Shown: positions 24,448 through 38,512, counted from the first letter of the stretch. The stretch: 64,000 nt of DNA from Octopus sinensis (GCF_006345805.1 NC_042997.1:78740001-78804000); one strand, 5' to 3'. Program-made: numbers and translations. Notes: generated from the sequence alone by a model not told the origin.

Positions 24448-25229
24448 TGTTTCCATTTCTTGCCGAGTCTCTCACTGACAACTAGAGCAGAGAAACGCAC
24501 TGTATACATTTGTAGGCCATTAAAATAAACACACCAATTTGTTCATTTACAAAGTCATATGATAGAAAAAAAGGGGAAGAAAGACAGAGAGAAAATTTTT
24601 TAAATAAAAAGTAAACAAAGAAAATAAAGGGGAAAAGGAAAAGAAAATTCACAGCGACAATGCCTCTTCTCAGTACGTGTGACATACCAGTTAAGACAAT
24701 CTGTTGAACTTCCTGCATGGATGGTAAGCCAGGGATCATTCTTAAATAGATTTCAGTTCCTTTTTTTGATCATTCCAAGTGCTCCTATTATCATTGGCAT
24801 TGTAGCTGTCTTGAAACGCCACGTCTTTTCGATTTCGATTACCAATTTTTTATATTTTCTGTGCTGATCAAATTCTTTTACCGAGATATTATGGTCACAG
24901 GGTATGCTCATGTCAATCAATAAACAGACTTTATTATTTTGGTCTTTTACAATAATCTCTGGTTTGTTTGCTTTGATTGTCCGGCATGTACATAATGGAA
25001 AGTCCGAAAGAATCATTACATTGTGAGAGTAGTGCTTGTACCATTTGTCAGCAGTTTTGATTTTATATTGCCGACACAATTTAGATATTGGCCAACTCTG
25101 CCATGTCTTGATTTGTACTCTGCAAGTGCTAAAACCTTACACCCAGAGATTAGGTGGTCCAGTTTCAATCCCATCTTTGCAGTGTCGGCACTTTGGATCT
25201 ACACCATTTTTCATTACATTAGCTTGATA
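24446..25229 (-). mobile_element. Dong/R4 LINE, 5'-truncated (family C-like)
   Basis: [15 protein letters not shown]...CRQYKIKTADKWYKH...KANKPEIIVKD...IIGALG; similar to 23085-23873. Confidence 0.9.
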
Positions 25230-25271
25230 TTGTGTCTGTATATCTTTATATATTTTTTTTTTCTTTGGCAG

Positions 25272-25718
25272 GCAAACTTGTTCGAGGTCTTTTAAATCGT
25301 AAAAGACAACGCCGACTTCATCGTCGACAGCTCATATATAAAAAATTCATGAATTCTGATGATTTCCGATCAAAAATGGACAACGAAAAACCAGATTCAA
25401 ATGATACTAATTCGGAAAGTTTTAGTATGCGGAGGAGTGCTTCGTACAGCGAGGCACTCAATGATATCAGTTTTAATGTTAGTGAACAATCTTCCAGTGT
25501 CTTTCCTAATCCGAATGTTTCTTACGAACTGAAAATATCGTCGGAGATGCGCGCATCCGCTGCCACACTAAGACAATCGACAGATGAGTTGCTTCCCACA
25601 GACGAGACTAGAGATTCATGGGACAACAAAGTCCAGTATTTACTAGCTGCAATCGGTTTAGCTGTCGGTCTTGGTAATGTCTGGAGGTTTCCTTATCTAG
25701 CTCAAAAGAATGGTGGAG
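25272..25718 (+). CDS. SLC6 transporter exon A (N-terminus, TM1); first in-exon ATG at 25349
   Basis: Acceptor tttctttggcag at 25271, donor gtaag at 25719; encodes [36 protein letters not shown]. The frame is open back through the acceptor, so the true start codon is uncertain. Confidence 0.9.
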
Positions 25719-26156
25719 GTAAGATTTCCTAATTTCTCAAGCAATTAAAAATCACATTCCGTAATTTAAATGTATCAGTATACACAGTAATCTCTTTTAG
25801 CGACTAAATATTTGTACTATCAATTTCTATGTATAACGACAAAGACAATAATACTGCTGCTTATATCATTCCAAGTAAATTTTTGCAGTGTCAGTTCTGA
25901 TAAAAGAATATTTACAATCAACCCTTCTATGAGAAATAGCCAAGATTAGACACAGACCTACTTAAAAATCAGAAAATCAACAAGAATACAATAGGATCAT
26001 TTCTTGTTTGTTTACATCCCGTTAAACCTAGTTTAAGTAATTATTTCAAGAGTAACTTGTTACGTAACATTGATTTTCTACCCCATGTTTTATTTTATTA
26101 ATTTATATACACTTTTGAAGAACGCTGTGAAATACTATTGATTTACTTCATTGCAG

Positions 26157-26446
26157 GTGCTTTTCTACTTCCTTATGTTATAATGTTGTTTGTAGAAGGT
26201 CTTCCGATATTCTTTTTGGAAGTCGCTCTCGGCCAACGCATGCGAAGAGGCCCAGTCGGTACATGGGATCAGATTTCTCCTTATTTAACAGGTATTGGTT
26301 ATTCGTGTATAATGGTATCCTATATAGTTTGTATTTACTACAATACAATCATATCCTGGTGCCTTTATTACTTTGCACTCAGCTTCCGCTCGGAACTTTT
26401 ATGGGCAAAATGTCCAAATGAAACTGCAGCTTCAAAAGAATGTAAT
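26157..26446 (+). CDS. SLC6 transporter exon B (TM2-TM3, start of EL2)
   Basis: ttgcag acceptor, gtaagt donor; GAFLLPYVIMLFVEGLPIFFLEVALGQ...YYNTIISWCLYYF...WAKCPNETAASKECN. Confidence 0.95.
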
Positions 26447-27084
26447 GTAAGTTTTTTAGTCTTATTTTCATTTTCTTTTTCTTTATTTGGAAATATTACA
26501 TTAGATAGATATCATAATATAAGAAATCATCTTTTAAATTAATCTAAATGGTGACGACATTTCGTCTAAACTTTAAAAAATCCAATTTCTGTATCTTCTA
26601 TTATTGTTAGAACTCATACGTCGTAGGTTCGTAGGTTATGAATAAGTAAATGTGCGGACTCATACATATTTAGTTTTGCTATAAAATTTAGTTCATGAGT
26701 ATCTTTTCGGCAGTTGATAAAAGCAGCTGAGCTATAATAATCACCGGTAGTTTAAAAGGGAGGGGTGAGCCAATTGGCTCAATCCTTATTTCAAGCTGCC
26801 AATTTCGTTTCTGAGATCCAATACATAGAAGTATAAGCCCATGTCTTTATATATTCTCTGTTAATAAAGGTACAATACAACAAAAGTTTTTTATGATCTT
26901 GTCTTTTAACCTGTTGAAACAGTAAATTACACCGAGGAAACACTTAGCTTAATTTAAGGTGTGGACTCACAGATAATTTTAAATATCGTTTCCGATAAAT
27001 AGGAAAAGCTTAGAATTTACGAAAGTGGATGGAAAAAATAAAAAGTTTTTGTTGGAAACTTTCCTCTTGGGGAATTTCTTCGCT

Positions 27085-28275
27085 CTGCCTATGTTCCTTT
27101 TGTCGCTACGCCGTGCGCCATGTCACCCTCTCAGAGACCGCCTCCGTAATTTCGATAACACCATTCAGCAATGTGTCAGGCTGGTCTGCGATATTAGTTT
27201 TGACAGCGCCGGCTGGCAACAGGCCAAACTGCCTATTAGATTCAGTGGTCTTGGTCCTCATACTACAGTGGCCTATCTACCGATCTATCTTTACTCGGTC
27301 TCTTCTAGCCGCACCCTCATTGGTGAGATACTCCACGGGATGGCCGGACCAGATGTCGTCCAGGGAGTGGAGTCAGTCCAAGATGATTGGGCTACTGATA
27401 GCGTTACCATGCCCCAGAATACTGATGTCCAACGCAACTAGAACAAAATCGGATGCAAGTCCACCTTCGACCGGCTACAGACATCACTAGACCAGCATCA
27501 TCCCGCTTGCCACCGCTCCGCCTCGCCTTCCACCGTTCCGCCTCACCGCCAAATAGCGGCACATGGCTCAGTTCGTCTCCCTCTTCATCTAACGGCATCC
27601 TTCCTTTTATGTGAGCCGCACAAATGTAGCTGCAGAGCGGTAGTAGAGAAATTCTCCATTATCCAACAGCCTTAACGCAAAATAATTCCCTCGACACGTC
27701 TCTGAATGACGTAATCAAAAGGGGCCATGATGCAGCTGTCTTCCCTTGAGCCAGCAGGTTTGGACCACGAGGAAAGTAAGCACCCCGACAGAATAACCCT
27801 GTTCCTATTTGAGGGAGGCAGATCTCGAGTCTGGCATACGACAGGGAGCTACACGTTCCCCGATTCCAACTTCGCAGTATCAGCTGCAAACCCGGGTGTC
27901 GCTGCCCAGTGCGTTGAGGAGAGAAGATTGAAGCCTGGCTAGCTGCTATCAGTTTGTGCCGGTCGTCATTAAGACGTCAGGTGTAGGACTCTATACTAAC
28001 GGTTTCCTCTGCAAAATAACTGCGGCCCGTTGGGAAAATGAGCCCCGCGAGCTGGAGTGGCTACTGCAGCGAGTGTCGCTGGCTATTCTTCTTGGCAACG
28101 CCATCGAGATCATTACCACGGAGCGCAGCTCAGCATACCATTTGTTTCTGGGGTATGTGGTTTGTCGCTTCTCCACCACCATCTTCTGCTATTTACCTCC
28201 GCCTCCTTTTTTCATCCTTTTCCTTTTTTATGTCACTTTTTCTCGTTTTTTTTTTGTATTTAAATGTTATAAATA
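27085..28275 (+). mobile_element. CRE-clade RLE non-LTR retrotransposon, 3' fragment (SLC6 intron B-C)
   Basis: WQQAKLPIRFSGLG, RHVSLNDVIKR, EPAGLDHEESKHPD, AANPGVAAQCVEER, FVPVVIKTSG, WLLQRVSLAILLGNA. Confidence 0.82.
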
Positions 28276-29680
28276 AATCTTAGTTCAATGGTTACGCGTA
28301 ATATGAAAACACCTGTAACTGATATACGCGTAGCTCAATGGAATTTTCTTTGTCCGATACAACTTTAATCAGTTCTTCCTCTTTAACGAATCATCTAATT
28401 TTCTCTTATGGAGACTTATTTTCTAAAAGATGAAATTTATCTAAAAGTCTGCAGTCACAATTGATAATCAATAGATAATAGACAATTGATAATGCATAGA
28501 GGTAGGTTTAAGGTGGTAAGGTACGTTTTTTTTTTCTTTTTCACTCTTCATCTGCACTGCAGTGTGATAATACTGCCCACTCCGTTCTATGTATGTTCAC
28601 CACTCTGAGTAGCGGTATCATCCATCATATCATTAACGAGTTTTTTTACTTGTTTACCGTGCCGGGTTTCAGCATCCCATTCTAACTAGGTCAGTATGTA
28701 CCAACAATATCTCAATTCCGTAATCGCCACTTCAAATTGGAATTATACTAATTAATATTGTAAAATAACAACGACCACTTTATTAGAATGCAGACCTTTG
28801 TAGTTAAGAGGTTCTTCGCAACTTCGTAGTTCAGAGTTTGATCTCGGGTTAACCTATATTTCATTCGTGGAATTAGCTAGACGAAAACTGAACAGAATCT
28901 TATTGTATGAATACGGGTGTTATTGTTGTTGTTGTTGCTGCTGATGTTGTTATGCAGTGTACTTTTATATTCCAAATCTTAGCGGTCCGTGAAATAAGTA
29001 GCAAACTGAAATAACTACTGGATGGGTTTGATATTAAATCAGTGCCTCAGTATGGCCATAGATCAATGACTGAAATCTTAACGGAATATATTTCCAAAAA
29101 GTGACGTTCAATTAAAATGTCTATCACTTATCATTCCTAATATAACGTATTTTAGGGCGGTGGTTTACTTTATATTTCACCCTTCTAAAGTGTTTGCGAT
29201 AATTAGCAACAAAGTACTGGATCTATATAATTGACTATACCACTCTCACAAAATTTGATCGTGTACTTATGTTAAAGATCATATAATATTTTGTTCTGTA
29301 ATAATTAGAATCCATGCTTGAAAAAACAAAACCTAGTAGCATACATCATCACAGAGATAAGTCTTTTCTCTAGAAGATGTAGAAATAGAGGAGAAGGCAT
29401 TCTGTTACCAGAAAATGTGAGGAAAGAGAAGGCGATGGTACGTGACCAACATGCCACGTGACCAATGGAAAACTCGCGGACAACAAATCAAGAAATCAAT
29501 GGACAATTATAGAAAACACATTGTTATATTCTTTGTCATTTCCTTACGCTTTCATGTTGCATGATAGTTGCACTTTAATTTAAGAAAGAATATTGATAAA
29601 CAAAATAAGTTGAAAGAGATGATCAATAATATCATGAATTTAGAATTTATTTAGTATTACTAGTAAGCTTGTTTAAGTGT

Positions 29681-29725
<45 letters not shown>

Positions 29726-29955
29726 TAAGCAGAGTTAGCTGTAGGAATAACCGTCTAAGGGATAATAGTATCCGTTCTTACTATCGGTATCATTTACCTA
29801 TGCTATCCCTAGGCATAGGTAAAGCAAGCACACTATGCTTAATAAACAGGAATCAAATTTAAATAAGCAGAAAATGGAGAAAACTTTTGATCAACAAACG
29901 ATGTTGGTAAAGTTTTTTGATGATCAAAAGTTTTCTCCATTTTCTATTTATTTAA

Positions 29956-29986
<31 letters not shown>

Positions 29987-29996
29987 CATAGCTATA

Positions 29997-30034
<38 letters not shown>

Positions 30035-30108
30035 CGTGTGTATGTGTGTGTGCGCGCGCGCGTGTACGTATACACACACACACACATCTTACTGATCTTT
30101 CTTTGCAG

Positions 30109-30270
30109 CTAGCAGGACCGAGTGCGTACTTTTGGTACAGATCAACTTTAGATGTCTCTTCATCCATTGAAGAATCTGGGTCACTACAGTTACACTTAGA
30201 ATTGTGTCTGTTCTTCGCTTGGTTAATAGTATTTTTGTGCATGATTAAAGGCATACAGTCTTCAGGAAAG
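30109..30270 (+). CDS. SLC6 transporter exon C (EL2, TM4)
   Basis: ctttgcag acceptor, gtgagt donor; LAGPSAYFWYRSTLDVSSSIEESG...CMIKGIQSSGK. Confidence 0.95.
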
Positions 30271-30337
30271 GTGAGTTACAAGTCAACGTATTTTTCTCTA
30301 AGATATTTGATAGCCAGAAAACTACAACTACTACTAT

Positions 30338-30375
<38 letters not shown>

Positions 30376-30409
30376 ATAATAATAATAATAATAATAAATA
30401 GTTTCAAAT

Positions 30410-30615
30410 TTTGCCACAAAGGAAGCAATTTTGGGGGTAGAAGATGAGTTGATTACATCGACCCCAGTGTTCAGCTGGTACTTATTTTATCAATCCCGAA
30501 AGGATGAAAGGCAAAGTTGACCTCGGCGAAATTTGAACAGAGAACGTAACGACAGGCAAAATACCGCTAAGCATTTTGTGCAGCGCGCAAACGATCCTGC
30601 TTGCACGTTGCCTTA
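30410..30615 (-). mobile_element. Short tRNA-derived SINE (relatives at 57348-57505 +, 58525-58700 +, 61295-61480 -)
   Basis: Shared ttcaaattYcgccgaggtcaactttgcctttcatcctttcggg...gataaa motif. Confidence 0.75.
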
Positions 30616-30641
30616 ATAATTATAATAACAATAACAATGAA

Positions 30642-30672
<31 letters not shown>

Positions 30673-30714
30673 GAAATTAGGGAAATAAATAATTAATTAA
30701 TTAATGATTAGAAT

Positions 30715-30886
30715 TCCCAATCGCAGGGAAGTCCACTTAGGGTGGATTACTCTGCCATACTTCTAGTTGCTTTCTTTCTGTTTAGAAAAGTATACTCAGA
30801 GTCGATCCATTCATTCTCACCAGTGTTGCCACTTTCTTCCACCTTTAGATAAACACACTTGAAGGCAGAACCTCTCTCTCTCTCTC

Positions 30887-30930
<44 letters not shown>

Positions 30931-32040
30931 ACTTCATCCTCCTCTTCAAATGATATTTGAAGAAACTGATGAGAGCTTGGCCAGAGAGGGAAGTACATGT
31001 CTTCAAATCTTTCAGATGAGTCCACCACACAGCTTCTTTTGCCACAGTCACTAAGCAGAGAAAGATATGCATGCCTTCTCTCCTAAAGGAAGGTGGTTTG
31101 TCGATCTTCACTTTACACTTTACAGCCTGAATTCGTCTTACACGAGACAGCAGCTGTTCCACACAAGCCCACAACTCTCTAATGCAGGAACACTGAATTA
31201 TTGCGTCCAGGACGGTTTTGACCCTCCCCATGCATCTCGGGTAGGTTCGGCTGTTAGCACTCCCATACCCGAAGAGCTTGTTTCGAACAGACAATGCTCC
31301 CCCATACATACACACACACCTGTAGACTTTTGGAAATTGTCCTTGATCTTCGACCCGAAAGTCCTCCAGAAAAGACTGTTCACGTCGATGCTAAGAGTCA
31401 ATTCTAAGCCATCGTCACCCATACCCGCAACTGTTGGGTTATTTTCCCGCTAACGGTTTTGTCCAGCTTGTACAATGCAGTAAGCCCCTAGTGACATTCT
31501 AGATGCCAAACGCCCACGCTTGGTCTACGTTTGATCCATGACTGCAGCTCCGTCAATGAGATGAGATGCGGAAAAAAGTGTCACACGAAGGACACCCTTC
31601 ATCTTTGTTTTCGTCGCCGTCGTTCACACCATCGCAGTGATTTAGATATTTCTGCAGGTGCATCAGCCTCAATGCGTGACGCTGCATCATCAAAGATGGC
31701 ATCCCAAGACCACTGCAGTGTGGATGTTAACAGCAGGTGGATTTTCTGACCAGCAAAACTTGTCCCTTCCATGAGAATCGAAAAAGCAAGCGCTCCAATC
31801 TGGTCAAAGTTCTCTTGGGACGCTTTCGTTACTTCCGCCCGGCCTTTCAGAGACAGCTTCCTTTCTGCTCATTTCTGGGTGAGCTTAGCCACCCTGGCGA
31901 TGACCTCTTCCCAGTCCCTATTTACCTGGAGATCTGGTCCAGAAATCGTCGTCAACCCACTTGGACTTGCCTCTACAATATCACCACCACAAAAAAATGC
32001 AGTACACACTACCCCGCCAGCCCAAAGGTGCAACAAATGA
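30715..32040 (-). mobile_element. L1/Tx1-type ORF2 3' fragment, degenerate
   Basis: C-terminal RC...IIQCSCIRELWACVEQLL and FLCLVTVAKEAVWW...FFKYHLKRRMK; a (GA)n expansion interrupts the frame. Confidence 0.75.
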
Positions 32041-32059
32041 TGTAATAGAAAGTTGCTTG

Positions 32060-34168
32060 AAACTATTAGATGTCGAAAAATAATAGTGGTGATGACGTTG
32101 GTGACAAACGTTACTTTACCTCAGTTTATAAGAGACAGGAGTTTCCGAAGAAACTCTGACTGTAACAGCGAAAATGAAGCTGGACCTTTAAGGGAAGGAC
32201 TTTCGCTCGGCAGTGATTTAGTAAAAAAGCAAACTGGACCAGCGAAGAAAACAGGATAGTGATGCAGTGCTACTTAGAACCTTAAAGAAGGGGCTATAGT
32301 AAACGATTGTTAACACTCTGGGTAGAGAAGGGTATGTTTAAAGTGACTGAGCAGAGATTAGTAGATCAAGCTTATGCTATTAGGAGAAGAAAGTGGAACA
32401 CAGAATTGGAGGTAGAAGAGATCACAAAAGAACTGGAAAATATAGACCAGGCAATAGGAAAGACAAACAACAATATACGAGATACAGCTCAAACCAAAGA
32501 AGAAGCTAAAGGAAAAAAATAATAATAGTACTACCAATAAGGTAGGGACAACTGGCACCAGAGACACAAATGATTTAAGTGAGGAAGATCAGAAGACTTT
32601 AGATGAGTTGCAGGAAGTAATGAGAAAAGAAGTAAGAAAAAGATTGCCGGCATTAAAAGGCACCAACAGAAGGAAGCTGCTAGAAATGACTAGGAAAGTA
32701 GATTCTGTTATCAGTAGGATAGATACTAAAAATATAGGAGACACTAACTTATTGATCTATACAGGAGAGGCAGTAGTCACTAGAAGATTAGATATCTCAC
32801 AGGGAGAGATTAAAAAATAGCAAATGTGGAAAAGGAGAGTACAAAATAAAGTGAAGACTTTAAGACAAGATCTAAGTAGAATAGAAACCTAGAAACTGAA
32901 AAAATTAGGAAACACAAGATGCAAATCTTCCCTCGAGAAAAGATACTTAGTCAAGGAGAAAGGATTTGGGACAGTCATAGAAGAGTTGAAACAACATATC
33001 ATAGTAGTAGCAGGCAAGCTCTCCAAATATCAGAAACGAATAGATCAATATCAAGAGGATAGATTTCGCATGGACGAACTAAACAGCTTAGACAGAAAGA
33101 CAAGTAAGATGCTAACTAGATATGGGTCACTCCACCCAAAAAGTGACAAATACAGACTGTATGACGCAAGAAAAAAGAGAGGGAAGAGGACTTATTGGAT
33201 GCCAACACAGCATTAGAGCAGAAGAAAACAACATAGCATGGTATGTAAAAAATGCCACAGAACCGCTATTATTAGAAGTAAGAAGGTCAGGCTTGTGTAG
33301 GATGAAAGATTGCAAAGATAAAGTACTATACAAGCAATTGAAAACGGATGAAACTGAAAATAGGTGGGTAAAGAAAAGAATGCATGGTCAATTTCATAGA
33401 GATGTTGAAGATAAGACAGACAGAGAAAAAAGGTGGCTGTGGATGACTAAAAGTGATTTAAAACCGGAAACGGAGGCTCTAATCTGTGCTGCCCAAGAGC
33501 AAGCACTAAGAACAAACTACATAAAATACAGAATAGACAACACGGCAGAAAGTGATAAGTGCAGAATCTGTGAACAAAACGATGAAACCATAATGGCATA
33601 TTACAAGCCAATGTACGCCACAAGCCCAGAAGGAATATAAGAGACGCCACGACAATATAGCAAGGATTGTCCATAGGACACTTTGCAACAAGTATGGACT
33701 TGACAGAGCAAAATGTAGGTACGACCACAAACCTGAAGGCATCGTCGAAAATAGAAGTGCAAATATCCTATGGGATTTTATGATTCAGTGCGACCATGAG
33801 ATAGAGAATAGGAAGTATAGTCTTAATTGAGAAAAAAAAAACTATGCTGGATCATAGATATAGCATGCCCAGCTGACAACAAGGTATGCGATAAGGAAGA
33901 AAGAAAAGTTGAGATATATGACAGGTTAGCTTGGGAAGTTAAGCACTTGTGGTCGATGAAAAAGATAGCAGTAGTACCAATAATTGTCAGAGCCCTGGGA
34001 ACAGTGAGCAAAAATCTCCAGAAGTGCGTGGACCAAATAGGGGCTATAATAAGGGTAGAGCACTTGCAGAAAACAGCACTGCTTGGAACCGCTCGAATAC
34101 TCCGAAAGGTGCTCGAAAAATAAGGTGTTACCTTAGTTCACTGGTAATAAATAGCTGACACTGTGGTA

Positions 34169-34170
<2 letters not shown>
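32060..34170 (+). mobile_element. Dong/R4 family A element lacking the RT domain (internal deletion ~33065)
   Basis: The N-terminus (WTSEENRIVMQCY, TEQRLVDQ) runs to KRIDQYQEDRF, then jumps to post-RT ELNSLDRKT...LHPKSD, ETEALICAAQEQALRTN, RHD and RLE motifs. Confidence 0.88.
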
Positions 34171-34211
<41 letters not shown>

Positions 34212-34314
34212 TGTGTGTGCGTGTGTGTAAGTACGTAAATATGTATGTACTCGTGTATTTTCCATTAGAGTTGGTGTATTAATCAAAGACCACATGTATT
34301 ATACACACACACAT

Positions 34315-34361
<47 letters not shown>

Positions 34362-34364
<3 letters not shown>

Positions 34365-34459
34365 AGATTCACGAAAAGAACAAAATACGAAGACAGGTGG
34401 TGTAGAAAACAAACAGATGTATTAGGAATTGAAAAAGTCTTTTACGTTTCGAGCCTATG

Positions 34460-34462
<3 letters not shown>
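34362..34462 (-). mobile_element. Truncated Penelope-type terminal repeat (similar remnant at ~560-670 +)
   Basis: Minus strand gagc atag gctc GAAAC gtaaaagac (hammerhead stem II plus GAAAC; the 5' core is lost to (CA)n). Confidence 0.45.
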
Positions 34463-34498
<36 letters not shown>

Positions 34499-34871
34499 GC
34501 ATACATACACGCACACATGCATACATACATACATACATACATACATAAATACATACATACATACATACATACATTACACGATGACTACCTACTCGAGCAT
34601 GATCGTTGCTCACGAGGTGTCAGTGCTGCCCGTGCAACGGTTTTAAGTCGAGTGCGGCTTGCACACCACCACGACAATAATATCAAGAAGACCAAGGACA
34701 AGCCAAATGCAAGATATCTGGCTCAGTAGGGCAGTGGGTTTTATATACGAGTTAACCTTTTCCTAAGGGGTATGCCTTGTAGAAAACTAGGAATCCAACA
34801 TTCTCAGTGGGTCTACTATGCCCGCGGAAGCCAATCCGAGAATTTCTACACCCATAATAAATACATACACA

Positions 34872-34892
34872 TCTGTATATATAAAAGGCAGG

Positions 34893-34939
<47 letters not shown>

Positions 34940-37900
34940 TGAATGTAATTTATGCACGTCCACAAATTAGCACGTATGTCGCTCCAATTTTAGGACATTC
35001 GTCACGACCCTAGCTGTATTTTCGTCAAATCATTTTTACCGAGGCACCCGCGGGTAGCGGTAAAAATCTATTTTCAACCTTAACTTTTACCAATTTTGAA
35101 GTTTGCTATCATGTGTTAAGTCTCTACTTGCCATGGCGAAGTGAAAATGTGTATGTGTGAGGGAGAGAGAGAGAAGTTGTGTTGATGTATGTGCGTGTGT
35201 GCGAGGAAGAGAAGTTGTGTGTTGATGTATGTGTGTGTATGCGTGAGGGAGAGAGAGATAGAGAGAGAGAGAAAGTAAGTGACAGCGTTCACCAAAAATA
35301 AAAATATAAAATGTTTTTTTTTTCTTAAACACGAGATATAGTATTCAAATTTAGGATGTTTTTGAAAGACGCTATATTTTATAATCAGATTATATATACT
35401 TTCTCACACAATTGAAATATATTTATTTTAAATCATTTATTTATTTTAAATCGTTCATCTTTCTCCCCCACCTCGGCATACACATTACTTTGGGCGCGAA
35501 AGAGTTTTGCTTTTATTTTACGCCGAGAAAAAAAGTGTTTTGTTGAGACTTCATTTATTTAACAGCATAGAAACAAAGAGGTAGGTAACAATTTGTCAGT
35601 GAATTACACAATATAAATGGGTAAAATTTCCGAGGCTCCACCACACTCCACCCCGTTTCTCGGACCACAAAAAGGGTTTTGTAGCATATTAGGAGGCCAG
35701 AGTAGTTGATTCTACGCAAAAATCCGATTTTTTTTTCTTAATGAAAATCGTGCGAGTGTTATCTAAAAATTTGCCTGGTGTTTTTCATGGTAAATTTGAG
35801 ATTAAAAACAAATGTTTTCCATATTCTTAATCTCCGTATTTTCCCACGTACATTGAGAAATAGATGGGGAAAAGATCAATGGGTATGGGGTGGGGTGAAA
35901 TTTCCGAGGCTTCCACCACACCACAACTCGTTTTTCGAACCACAAAAAGGGTTTTGTAGATTATTAGGAGGCCAGGGTAGTTGATTCCACGCAGAAAAAT
36001 CTGATCTTTTTTTCTTAGTGAAAATCGTGCAAGTGTTAATCTAAAAATTTAATCTAAAACCTTTTTTCCATTCATTTCTGTTTATGAAATTCTCTGTATG
36101 TAATTTTGCTTTCTCGGTGGTCAAGGCAAATGATGACTGGCAAAGCAACAGTGACCTAATGCTGACATTGGATACAATGACCTGATCTACAATAATGCGC
36201 TGATTAAAATCGAGGATGCTCAGCTCAAAATGGGTAGGGCAGCGTTAAACACATTCGGTTTGCCATCCTCATTGCGACAGGATGTTGACACACTCCGACC
36301 AAAGTTACTTCTGGAGTTGTCGTATGACGCTGGTGGCCTTGCGGACTACCTGAGAGTAAATGAACCGAAATTGCTCCCTGATGTGTACGAAACTCTCGTC
36401 AGTGCCGTTGAAAAACAGGCGGGTGGCATTTTTTCCACGATGCTGCTAGAGGTACCGGCAAATCCTTTGTAACACAATTAATACTTGCTAAGATTCGTCG
36501 CGAGAAACAAATTGCGCTAGCTGTTGCTTCCTCGGGAATCGCTGCTACGTTATTGCTGGGAGGTAGGACGGCGCACTCGGCATTCAGGCTGCCTTTACAT
36601 TTGGTGAGGGCCGAGGTTTCAACTTGCAACATTGGCAAAATTTCAAAGGAAGCTGAAGTTCTTAGACAGTGCCGTCTCATTGTATGGGACGAATGCACAA
36701 TGACCAGTAAGGGTGCCCTTGAGGTACTAGACCGGTCACTGAAAGGTATCAGGGATTCTACAGCTTCTATGGGTGGTGTAACTCTATTGCATTCAGGAGA
36801 TTTCCGGCAAACCCTTCCTGTCATCCCTAAAGGGAACCGGGCTGATGAAGTGCGTGCATGCCTAAAGTCATCCACGTTGTAGCTCCAGGTTAAGACCTTA
36901 AGCCTAAGCACAAATATGCGTGCGCACCTGCTTGGTGATAGCACGTCTGTAGTATTTGCTGAAGACATTTTAGCCCTTGCAGAAGACAAGGTCCCTAGGA
37001 ATGATAGGGGCGACATATACATTTCTGAACTGTGCAACACTGTGGACAATCCTTTCGATCTTTTGGAAATAGTGTTCCCCAATCTGGAAAGTAATTATGT
37101 AGACATCAATTGGCTCAGTGAAAGAACCATCCTGCCCCAAAAAACGTAGCTGTCAGTGCTATCAACGACCAGCTCATAAGCCGAATTCTGGGTGAGGAGC
37201 GCATCAACAAATAGATTGACCGGACCTCTGACCCCCAAGACATTGTCAATTACCCCTTCAAGTTTCTCAACTCATTGGAGCCAGCAGGGCGTCCACCTCA
37301 CATTCTTAGGCTAAGGGTTGGATGTCTAATTATGCTAATTAGAAACTTGCTTCCGCCTAAACAGTGATACGGGACCCGCTTAGTAATCAATTCTCTGACA
37401 CCCCACTTGATTGAGGCCACCATTGTTACAGGGTGCGGGAGGGGTGAAAATGTTTTTATTTCAAGGATGCAGACATGCCGTTTAACTTCCGCAGATAGCA
37501 GTTCCTGGTGAGACCATGCTTCGCCATGTCCATCAACAAATACTAAGGCCAAGCATTATTGGTGGCAGGCATCCATTTGGGGTTTTCCATTCAATCAGGA
37601 TAAAAAAATTGATAAACCGATTCCTTATAGGATTTCCTACTAAAATTGGTTACACCCCATTTTCAACCATAACTTTTACCAATTTTGACATATTTTGCTC
37701 AAACTTGATGCCAGCATTACTTAGGACTCATGGGATCTTTGAATGCTTTAAGTTCTCTAAAACAAAAATCGATGAGTAGAAACAATTGATAAACCGATTC
37801 CTTATGGGATTTCCCAATCAAATTGCCTGTAACCCATTTTCAGCCAAACGTTTACCGATTTCAACGGATTTCGTTCAAATTTGAAGTCGGTGTCACTTAT

Positions 37901-37974
37901 TTTGGTTTGAAATAAAGCGCTTGATCACTTAATAATCCTAACTAATCCCGGGCAACGCCGGGCTATACTGCTAG
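34872..37974 (+). mobile_element. Helitron, internally deleted, with PIF1 helicase pseudogene (~36150-37550)
   Basis: 5' a|TCtgtatatataaaa; 3' hairpin cccgggcaacgccggg plus CTAG at 37971-37974; GTGKSF, VASSGIAATLL, GRTAHSAF, IVWDE, GDFRQTLPV; no Rep domain seen. Confidence 0.92.
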
Positions 37975-37991
37975 CATATATATATATATAA

Positions 37992-38052
<61 letters not shown>

Positions 38053-38111
38053 ATATATATATATAATATATATATATATATAGCAATAATAAATCTCTGA
38101 GCGAGGTATAG

Positions 38112-38207
<96 letters not shown>

Positions 38208-38473
38208 ACACACAGTGATAATACTTAGAGAGAGGGAAGAGTGAGAAAGAAGGAGTGACTGAAACAGGGAGAGCATCGGCCGGTGTAGAAGATTAGAAAA
38301 GAGGAATGCTCACTATGAGAATGAAAATTACATACTCGAGCGCGCACATTCACATACACACGCACACACATACACACGTACACACACACATACACATACA
38401 CGCACACCTACGCACATACATTCTTGTTTGTCTACGTGTACGTGTGTGTTTTTATTATTTCTTCTCTTTTCCT

Positions 38474-38512
<39 letters not shown>

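Noticed and set aside
36150-37550. Host PIF1 helicase gene
   Set aside because: Intronless, with multiple stops and frameshifts, inside Helitron termini.
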